Made by a program: the position numbers and the translations under genes
IMG/VR virus record: IMGVR_UViG_3300045988_000846
Coordinates: 1 to 18,128 of that record
Reading direction: 5' to 3' (one strand)
DNA from: a virus
Length of the DNA: 18,128 nucleotides
Notes under the pieces: model-generated
Databases searched by the model: none
What the model was told of the DNA's origin: nothing
Seen by the model: only the letters and a program-made list of their open reading frames with translations
Part shown: in pieces, positions 12,476 through 18,128 of the stretch
How positions within the stretch are numbered: position 1 is the stretch's first letter
Layout: each line of letters begins with the position of its first letter

Positions 12476-13921
12476 ATGTCTACCACACAGCATACCGGAC
12501 ACTACAATCTGCCGACATTTGGCGATAATCCGAATGACCGCCCGTCGTGGCGCGGCGATTTCACCGACGCGATGACGAAAATCGATAATCAGATGTACGC
12601 CAACGCCACCAACATCACCACGGCGACGGCGGCGGCGAACAACGCGACCACGGCGGCGGGCGAGGCTAAGACGGCGGCTAGCAACGCCACAAGTCTCGCG
12701 CAGACCAACAAGAACGATATTGCCGACTTGAATGGCTATTTCGGTAAGCTCGGCGTCACGTCGGAATCAACCGCGCAGCAGCTTATGGACACCATCAACG
12801 GCAAGGCGGAGGATACCGAACTGACCTCGCTTAAGAGCACGGTATCTTCATTGTCCAGCACGGTTAATACCAAGGCGAACACCTCCGACGTGTACACCAA
12901 GGGTCAGGCCGACACGACGTTTACTAAGCAGGGCGGATATTCCGGCACCGCGCAGCAGCTGAGCCAGCGTATTCAGGCGCTGGAAGCGACGCCGCAAGAT
13001 CAGCCGCCAATCTGCCTCTGCATCGGAGACAGTTACGCCAATTCGTCCGAGACCGTCGACCCGGACGGGACGGACGCGACCAAGTGGCCTACGCAGCTCC
13101 GCAACATTATCGGCGGCGAGTATCAGGTGAAAAACTATTCCGTGACCGGCGCGGGGTTCAACGTTTCAGGTAAGACGTTCACCGACCAGATTAACAATGC
13201 TTACAGCGCTTCGGCCATCGACAACGATAATGTGGCAATAGTCATCATTGGAGGCGGTCGAAACGATATCGGCACCACTCCGCAGATGGAGTCATATGCG
13301 GACGCGACGTTCTCCAATGCGCGCGTCAAGTTCCCTAAAGCCCGCATTATCTCCGTGCCTATGCTCTGGCATAATGCAGGTATGGACATGTACGGTCGGC
13401 AGAAAGTGGCGGGCGTTGCGGAAGCGGCTGTCAAAAACGGCGTTGAGAACGTTGACTGGGCTTGGACGTGGAATATTGGCAACGATTCTAACTTCCCCAG
13501 TGGCAACATTCATCCGAACGCGAACGGTGCGAAGGTCATCGCATCCTATATGGCCTCCGCAATCCGAGGCACTTATACCGGACGCTACGAAGCGGCCACC
13601 ATCTCTTCATCCAGCGGCCATGTGCATGGCAATATCGTGGCGTCTGGTGGCATGGTTTTCGCCACACTTTGGGGCGAAGATCCAACCACAAATGCCGAAC
13701 TAAAGGCAGGGCTTACGTTCCCGAGCTGGGCCAGAGTGGTAGAGGGTTCCTCGCCCGACCGGCTCAGGACGTGGGGTGCGGGCCTCACTAACTCCGGCAA
13801 CGCTATAAGCGGCTGGCTGTTAGTCAACATGAGTCCGGGAACGTCCGGTAGCCCCAGGATCTCCTACTTCGGAGATACTGCCGGAGGTAACAATGGCTGT
13901 TTCGTCTGCTACCCGTGGTGA
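12476..13921 (+). CDS. Tail fibre / receptor-binding protein with central SGNH (GDSL-type) esterase domain, 481 aa
   Basis: The N-terminal anchor motif is HYNLPTFGDNPNDRPSWRGDFTDAMTKIDNQM. An Ala/Thr/Asn-rich coiled stalk follows. SGNH block I is CIGDSYANS, block II is SVTGAG, block III is IIGGGRNDI and block V is GNIHPNANG. The C-terminal ~115 aa look beta-rich. Confidence 0.75.
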   Translation: MSTTQHTGHYNLPTFGDNPNDRPSWRGDFTDAMTKIDNQMYANATNITTATAAANNATTAAGEAKTAASNATSLAQTNKNDIADLNGYFGKLGVTSESTAQQLMDTINGKAEDTELTSLKSTVSSLSSTVNTKANTSDVYTKGQADTTFTKQGGYSGTAQQLSQRIQALEATPQDQPPICLCIGDSYANSSETVDPDGTDATKWPTQLRNIIGGEYQVKNYSVTGAGFNVSGKTFTDQINNAYSASAIDNDNVAIVIIGGGRNDIGTTPQMESYADATFSNARVKFPKARIISVPMLWHNAGMDMYGRQKVAGVAEAAVKNGVENVDWAWTWNIGNDSNFPSGNIHPNANGAKVIASYMASAIRGTYTGRYEAATISSSSGHVHGNIVASGGMVFATLWGEDPTTNAELKAGLTFPSWARVVEGSSPDRLRTWGAGLTNSGNAISGWLLVNMSPGTSGSPRISYFGDTAGGNNGCFVCYPW

Positions 13922-13950
13922 GTGTTTTCGCTTGAAAATCTAATCCATAC

Positions 13951-13974
13951 CCCCGCTCGGTACGCCGGGTGGGG
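13951..13974 (+). terminator. GC-rich hairpin after the fibre gene (10-bp stem, UACG loop)
   Basis: CCCCGCTCGG (13951-13960) pairs with CCGGGTGGGG (13965-13974), giving 8 Watson-Crick and 2 G-U pairs with loop TACG. It is immediately followed by TATACTATTATC. Confidence 0.45.
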
Positions 13975-13980
13975 TATACT
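13975..13980 (+). promoter_or_regulatory. -10-like TATACT 6 nt upstream of the SD-less tail-lysin ATG
   Basis: TATACT at 13975-13980 and ATG at 13987. No SD lies within 12 nt. The spacing is the same as at the portal gene. Confidence 0.35.
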
Positions 13981-13986
13981 ATTATC

Positions 13987-15252
13987 ATGGACAATACGGC
14001 ACTATACGCGATGTATGTTATCGGCACGGTGGAAAGCAATTGCGATTGGGGCGCATGCAATTATGTGGACGCCATCACTATGGGCATTATGCAATGGTAT
14101 GGCAGTCGCGCCCGCGATCTATTGGAACGAGGGCGCACCGCCGACCCGGACGGGTGGAACACGTTCGCCGCGGCGGCTCCCACATTGGCGCAGCAGGTGC
14201 AGGCTAATGACATCAACTGGACGGCACGCTACCTATCCACCGCGGAGGGTAATGCGTGGAAAACGTGGGCACAGCGGGACGAAAACCATGCTTTCCAAGA
14301 GGCGCAATGGGAGGCGGATTGGAACGGATACCAATTCACTATGACCAATTTCGGTTTTCCCGAAGGGAATGTGAAAGAGCGTATCATGTGGGCGTGCGCT
14401 TATCATCAATCCCCCGCGCAGGCGCAGCGTGTGCTTGCATCATGCTCGGCAACCGCCACGCTGGAATTGATTTACACTACGATTTTGGCGGACGGCGTGC
14501 TGGGCCAGTACCGTAATCGGTATACGACCGCGTATAATCTACTGAAATCGTGGGACGGCACGAACGCGCCTCCTGATTTTGGTCAGACTTCCGAACCGTC
14601 CGACACGCCGGGAGGCGACCAGTCCGGCATCGACGGGAAACCCGCGAGTACCGCGTGGATCCAATTGCAGGGTGATAACCTTATCTACCACAGCGGGGAC
14701 AGTACCGCCATTTTTGTAAAAGGCGTCGCACAGACATGGGTATACAAGACTTCCGAATCAACCAAGCCGGGCGGCGGTCAGACTGGCGGCGGTTCCAGTT
14801 CCGGCAACAGCAGCGAGGATGCGGCGCGAGTCGTGGAATGGCTGCGGTCACGCATCGGCAGATACGCATACTCGCAGGGCGCGGGGCGATTAGATCCCGA
14901 TTCGAGTGGGTACGGCGATTGCTCCAGTGTATGCTGGCGAGCGTATCAGGACGTGCTGGGCATCGACGTGGGCACATGGACAGGCCAGATGGCAAGCAAG
15001 GGCACCCGCGTCTGTGGCAGCTCCGACACATCGGTGTCGGATGCTATCGCCAAGGCGCAAGCAGCCGACCTGCTATTGCTGGACTGGGGCGCGTATACTC
15101 AGGCATGGGACCATGTGGAAATGTTCACCGGAGATTCCAAGGACGAAACATTATCGCACGGGGGGCCGGGCAATGGGCCGAATCTGTTCGCCGCGTCGGG
15201 TGAAATGAGCATGGCGAGCAGGTGGGAGATACGCCGGTACATCACCGATTAG
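13987..15252 (+). CDS. Tail-associated peptidoglycan hydrolase (phi29 gp13 position): N-terminal lysozyme-like domain + C-terminal NlpC/P60-type cysteine peptidase, 421 aa
   Basis: The N-terminus YVIGTVESNCDWGACNYVDAITMGIMQWYG has a Glu-containing, lysozyme-like pattern. A Gly/Ser linker follows (PGGGQTGGGSSSGNSS). The C-terminus has GYGDCSSVCWRAY (nucleophile Cys) and WDHVEMFTG (His), as in NlpC/P60/CHAP-like enzymes. The ORF is open from GTG 13969, so the start is uncertain. Confidence 0.8.
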   Translation: MDNTALYAMYVIGTVESNCDWGACNYVDAITMGIMQWYGSRARDLLERGRTADPDGWNTFAAAAPTLAQQVQANDINWTARYLSTAEGNAWKTWAQRDENHAFQEAQWEADWNGYQFTMTNFGFPEGNVKERIMWACAYHQSPAQAQRVLASCSATATLELIYTTILADGVLGQYRNRYTTAYNLLKSWDGTNAPPDFGQTSEPSDTPGGDQSGIDGKPASTAWIQLQGDNLIYHSGDSTAIFVKGVAQTWVYKTSESTKPGGGQTGGGSSSGNSSEDAARVVEWLRSRIGRYAYSQGAGRLDPDSSGYGDCSSVCWRAYQDVLGIDVGTWTGQMASKGTRVCGSSDTSVSDAIAKAQAADLLLLDWGAYTQAWDHVEMFTGDSKDETLSHGGPGNGPNLFAASGEMSMASRWEIRRYITD

Positions 15253-15262
15253 CGCAACGGTA

Positions 15263-15284
15263 AACCGGTAGATATCTACCGGTT
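15263..15284 (+). terminator. Perfect 22-bp palindrome AACCGGTAGAT/ATCTACCGGTT (hairpin or operator)
   Basis: It lies 11 nt after the tail-lysin stop. It can form a 9-bp stem with an AUAU loop. No U tract follows. A promoter-like element lies 14 nt downstream. Confidence 0.4.
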
Positions 15285-15297
15285 CATCCATACCTTA

Positions 15298-15306
15298 TGG
15301 TATCAT
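15298..15306 (+). promoter_or_regulatory. Extended -10-like TGgTATCAT upstream of the ATPase gene
   Basis: TG-g-TATCAT at 15298-15306. The second in-frame ATG (15314) lies 7 nt after the hexamer. Neither ATG 15305 nor ATG 15314 has a convincing SD. Confidence 0.35.
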
Positions 15307-16411
15307 GGATAGTATGGAGAAGCTGTTAAGCGAGGGCGATTACTACGGTTATGGGCGCGTGCTGTCCTATCACGCGCCTTGGATGTTCGTCATCGGCGCG
15401 CGCGGCCTCGGCAAGACCTATGGTGCTAAAAAACTGGTCATAGGCGACTGGATTAAAAAACGCTGGCAATTCATCTACCTACGCCGAACGGCAGAGGAAC
15501 AGAAAAACAAAGGGACTTGGTTTGCGGACATTGCAGAGCAATACCCGGAATTAGAGTTTAGGATATCCGGCAATCAAGCCGAATGTCACTGGCTGGATGA
15601 CAGGGACGCCACCGCAGGCAAGCACGGCAAGAAACGCCCAACATGGCACATCATGGGATATTTTATCGCCCTATCACAGGCCGGACAGGTGAAATCGGTT
15701 GCCTACCCCAGAGTACGCACCATTGTCTTCGACGAAATATTCCCCGATAATATGCGATACCTTGGCGGAGAGGTCACGGCGCTTGAGGAATTTTACAACA
15801 CGGTAGACCGCTGGAATGACAGGGTTCGCGTTATCATGTGCAGCAACGCCGTAACGTTGGCTAATCCGTATTTCAGCGCGTTTAATATCAATCTAAAACC
15901 GCAGCTGGATAATCACGTGCAATATCAGCGATATTGCGACGGGTTTATTATGGTGGAATTAGCTGATTACGGCGGATTCAGCGCCAAGGTTGCCACATCC
16001 AAATTCGGACAGTTTCTACGCAGATACGACGAAAATTATGCGAATTATGCAATCAATAACGGTTTCAGGGATAACGCCAATGCTCTCATTAGTGATTTCA
16101 AGGACGCCGGATATGCGTTCACATTAAGAACCACCGAATACGGTATTTTCAACGTATATCAGCAATTAAGCGACACCGACGAAGTGCTATATATAATCAC
16201 AAAAAAACAACCGAAAATCACCCGTAATTTCACGTTCGATTATCGACTTGTAGACAATAATTGCATAATGCTCAAGCGCTCCGACGACATGACGCAAAAA
16301 ATACTGAACGCCTATCGCGTCGGTAGATTACGGTTTGAAACCCCGCAGATTAAAGCGGAGTTTAGCATGATTCTTGGCGGCTTATTACAACAATCAGGCA
16401 TAAGAAAGTGA
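15305..16411 (+). CDS. DNA packaging ATPase (phi29 gp16-like), 368 aa (365 aa if started at ATG 15314)
   Basis: VLSYHAPWMFVIGARGLGKTYGAKK matches phi29 gp16 MLSYDRILNFVIGARGIGKSYAMKV (Walker A). VRTIVFDEIF is Walker B. RVRVIMCSNAVTLANPYFSAFNI matches RVRCICLSNAVSVVNPYFLFFNL. The C-terminal RVGRLRFE matches NGYLRFD. Confidence 0.93.
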   Translation: MDSMEKLLSEGDYYGYGRVLSYHAPWMFVIGARGLGKTYGAKKLVIGDWIKKRWQFIYLRRTAEEQKNKGTWFADIAEQYPELEFRISGNQAECHWLDDRDATAGKHGKKRPTWHIMGYFIALSQAGQVKSVAYPRVRTIVFDEIFPDNMRYLGGEVTALEEFYNTVDRWNDRVRVIMCSNAVTLANPYFSAFNINLKPQLDNHVQYQRYCDGFIMVELADYGGFSAKVATSKFGQFLRRYDENYANYAINNGFRDNANALISDFKDAGYAFTLRTTEYGIFNVYQQLSDTDEVLYIITKKQPKITRNFTFDYRLVDNNCIMLKRSDDMTQKILNAYRVGRLRFETPQIKAEFSMILGGLLQQSGIRK

Positions 16412-16419
16412 GGAATATA

Positions 16420-16782
16420 ATGATGCAAGCGGACATATGGTGCACCATTGCAGCCATGTTTTTCATTAGCATCGACTACGTTACTGGCGTAGTAAAAGCA
16501 ATCATGCGGGACAATCTGAGTTCGCGAAAGATGCGTGAGGGACTAGGGCACAAGTTCGCCTATCTTATGCTTGTGCTGGTGGCATGGTTCATCGACGAAG
16601 TGAACCGGCATATCGACTTAGGACTGCCAATGTCCGTATTTGTCTGCACGGTCGGCGGAGTCTGTCTAATCGAACTCACGTCAATACTCGAAAACGTCAC
16701 CGAAATCAATCCCGAATTAAAAAACGCGCCATTTATGCGGATTTTCGCTCAATCCACAAGTGGTAAGCACGGGGCGGAATAA
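16420..16782 (+). CDS. Holin (phage_holin_4 / TcdE-like pattern), 120 aa
   Basis: ATG 16420 lies 6 nt after GTGAGGA. It has three hydrophobic segments: IWCTIAAMFFISIDYVTGVV, FAYLMLVLVAWFI and MSVFVCTVGGVCLIELTSIL. The motif DYVTGVVKA....LSSRKMREGLGHK is typical of that holin family. It lies immediately upstream of the endolysin, with a TAATG overlap. Confidence 0.8.
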   Translation: MMQADIWCTIAAMFFISIDYVTGVVKAIMRDNLSSRKMREGLGHKFAYLMLVLVAWFIDEVNRHIDLGLPMSVFVCTVGGVCLIELTSILENVTEINPELKNAPFMRIFAQSTSGKHGAE

Positions 16783-17570
16783 TGGACGGCGTGAAGTGGA
16801 TAGGCTCGCCAAACCACTACAGTGGACGAGCCGGACATAAGGTGACACACATCACCCTACATATTATGGCCGGTTTTCTGGCAGGTACCGATAGTGTGTT
16901 CTCACGTTCATCCAGTCAGGCGAGCGCACACTACGGCGTCGGAGCCGGTGGCGAAATACATCAATATGTTGACGAAACTAATGGCTCGTGGTCTGATGCC
17001 AATTACGAGTCAAACATGTCAACTATCAGCATCGAGCATGAAGGGGGTATAGCGCAAGCGCCATGCACGCAAGCATGTATCGACGCCAGTGCTCGACTTT
17101 GCGCCGATATAGCGCAACGTTACGGACTAGGCATGTTATGGCATGACGGGACACGTGGTAACGTATGGCTACATCGAGAAATCAGCGGCACCGACCACGC
17201 CACATGTCCAGACCTAGCACCAAACGGGCTACCATACCAGCAAGTGATCGACAAAGCCAACAAGATAATAGGAGGTACAACAATGGCTAGCGCAGGGGAT
17301 GAAGTTTGGAACTGGGCATACAAGCCAGACGGGAAAAACGCGACACCGGGCGGCAATATGTACAATCTACTTAACTACGAACTGCCGATACGCATTCGGG
17401 ACAGCATCATGCAATATAACTTCAAAAACACCGCGCCGGGGGGCAACGTTTACAACACTCTTTGCTTTGAAATACCCGGAATGCTGAAACAACTCGCCAA
17501 AACAATCGAAGAACAGCAAAAGCAAATCGATGCGCTGACCGAAAAAATCGACAAACTGCAAAAAATCTGA
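16782..17570 (+). CDS. Endolysin: N-acetylmuramoyl-L-alanine amidase (Amidase_2/PGRP type) with an unusual repeat plus coiled-coil C-terminus, 262 aa
   Basis: HITLHIMAG, SAHYGV, TISIEHEG and LHREISGTDHATCPD match the T7-lysozyme-type zinc amidase pattern (His, Tyr, His, Cys). The C-terminus has two ~18-aa repeats (ATPGGNMYNLLNYELPIR and TAPGGNVYNTLCFEIPGM), then LKQLAKTIEEQQKQIDALTEKIDKLQKI. Confidence 0.9.
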   Translation: MDGVKWIGSPNHYSGRAGHKVTHITLHIMAGFLAGTDSVFSRSSSQASAHYGVGAGGEIHQYVDETNGSWSDANYESNMSTISIEHEGGIAQAPCTQACIDASARLCADIAQRYGLGMLWHDGTRGNVWLHREISGTDHATCPDLAPNGLPYQQVIDKANKIIGGTTMASAGDEVWNWAYKPDGKNATPGGNMYNLLNYELPIRIRDSIMQYNFKNTAPGGNVYNTLCFEIPGMLKQLAKTIEEQQKQIDALTEKIDKLQKI

Positions 17571-17588
17571 CAAATAGCAACAGAGAAT

Positions 17589-17626
17589 AAGTAAAGCCCC
17601 TAGGATTACGCCTAGGGGGCTTACTT
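17589..17626. terminator. Bidirectional terminator-like hairpin between convergent genes
   Basis: The core stem pairs CCCCTAGG (17597-17604) with CCTAGGGG (17611-17618), with loop ATTACG. After a 2x2 internal loop the stem extends by 6 more bp, pairing AAGTAA (17589-17594) with TTACTT (17621-17626). It lies between the endolysin stop (17570) and the stop of the minus-strand gene (17635). Confidence 0.7.
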
Positions 17627-17634
17627 GTTATATA

Positions 17635-17892
17635 TCAGTCGCCGTTATCGATCGAGATAACATACTTGCGGCACGGACGCCCCTTTTTCGAGAGGCCCTG
17701 AGCAACCTCAATATAATCATAATCAAAGCTCAACATTAATTCAATAACCGAAGAGAGAGCAGAGTCAAAAGTGGTAACAGAGTCGTCAATCAAACCATTA
17801 TCACGAACAGTACCAGTATACACATCTTCAATACCGACTTTATATACATTATCCGGCTCAATCTCGATAACGTAAGCATTAAACTTATTCAT
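17635..17892 (-). CDS. Small acidic protein (85 aa) transcribed inward from the right ITR, function unknown
   Basis: The minus-strand ATG at 17892 is preceded by GGGAAAGGAAAAAA. The longer ORF-track start at 17919 would translate the SD region. It has 15 Asp/Glu and 8 Lys/Arg. It is AT-rich relative to the core. The N-terminal pattern FNAYVIEIEPDNVYKV faintly recalls HicB/UPF0150-type folds, which is very tentative. Confidence 0.75.
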   Translation of the reverse strand: MNKFNAYVIEIEPDNVYKVGIEDVYTGTVRDNGLIDDSVTTFDSALSSVIELMLSFDYDYIEVAQGLSKKGRPCRKYVISIDNGD

Positions 17893-17923
17893 TTTTTTCC
17901 TTTCCCTAGAAGCGGACAACTAC

Positions 17924-17932
17924 AGTATAACA
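17924..17932 (-). promoter_or_regulatory. Extended -10 TGtTATACT straddling the right ITR/unique boundary (mirror of 197-205)
   Basis: The minus strand reads ...GTGGCGTGTTATACTGTAG. TGtTAT comes from the ITR and ACT from unique DNA. The predicted start near 17917 gives a ~25-nt leader with an SD before ATG 17892. Confidence 0.45.
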
Positions 17933-18128
17933 CGCCACAAAAAACAACACACCCAAAACACACAAAAAAACGAAGACAAAACAAGACAAGGAAACGAACA
18001 CAAAGAGAGCGGAAACGAAAAACACAGAGAACAACGGCAATACAAAAACACACAAAGCAACAGCAATGCAAAACACAGGATAGAGCAGTTGTGGAAAAAG
18101 GATAGCTGCTGGGACCCCTCCCCTCCTT
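17927..18128. repeat. Right inverted terminal repeat (ITR-R), 202 bp
   Basis: It is the exact reverse complement of 1-202 and ends at the last base of the window. Confidence 0.97.

Noticed and set aside
13922-14344. A 140-aa plus-strand ORF, plus ORFs at 14256-14516, 14736-15203 and 14906-15208 in other frames of the tail-lysin region.
   Set aside because: These are alternative frames of a gene with recognisable catalytic motifs. Their products are Arg-rich with no SD.
17626-17636. TGtTATATA on the plus strand just after the bidirectional terminator, as an antisense promoter into the right-end gene.
   Set aside because: The hexamer ends in A rather than the conserved T. The element is partly within the terminator stem, and there is no plus-strand ORF or structure downstream. 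It is noted only because it matches the TGnTAT pattern.
17889-18071. A 60-aa minus-strand ORF (MHCCCFVCFCIAVV...) lying almost entirely within the right ITR. A shorter copy is implied in the left ITR.
   Set aside because: It uses a non-ATG start with no SD. Its Cys/Phe/Val composition is what the A-free T/G strand encodes in any frame. It overlaps the SD and start of the real gene at 17892. The left copy is truncated by the unique sequence.
1-18128. A search for tRNA genes, CRISPR repeats, integrase/excisionase, repressor/Cro pairs, toxin-antitoxin pairs, reverse transcriptase/DGR elements and homing endonucleases.
   Set aside because: I could see no cloverleaf-like sequences, no spaced direct repeat arrays, no recombinase or RT motifs and no intein or HNH-like insertions. 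The genome appears to be a minimal virulent phage.

Overview
The window appears to be a complete linear dsDNA genome (18,128 bp) of a small phi29-type, protein-primed podophage. By eye its GC content is far higher (mid-50s %) than in classical Bacillus phi29 relatives. The two ends are a perfect 202-bp inverted terminal repeat (ITR). All genes but one read left to right.

Left early module: an AT-rich, very acidic 66-aa gene; three orphan genes; a p6-like dsDNA-binding protein; a p5-like SSB; a basic putative terminal protein; and a phi29-type family B DNA polymerase.

Late module, collinear with phi29 genes 7-13: acidic scaffold; major capsid with C-terminal Ig-like domains; gp9-like tail knob; gp10-like portal; gp11-like lower collar; three fibre/appendage genes, one carrying an SGNH esterase domain; and a tail lysin.

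Next come the gp16-like packaging ATPase, a holin and an Amidase_2 endolysin. One small acidic gene reads inward from the right ITR. No integrase, repressor, tRNA or CRISPR array is visible.

Most interesting signals:
- A 180-nt structured non-coding gap between polymerase and scaffold folds by eye into a long-stem three-way junction. It has its own extended -10 and a terminator hairpin, making it a candidate packaging RNA (pRNA).
- TGnTAT..AT extended -10 elements recur, several overlapping the stop codon of the upstream gene. Three sit 6-7 nt before SD-less ATGs, suggesting leaderless late mRNAs.
- The same -10 element straddles the ITR/unique boundary at both ends and faces the two AT-rich acidic terminal genes.
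- The ITR interior is almost adenine-free and carries phased short repeats.
- The polymerase has a shortened exonuclease domain in which the canonical acidic residues are not evident.

All homology statements come from by-eye comparison with remembered phi29 protein sequences. No searches were run.
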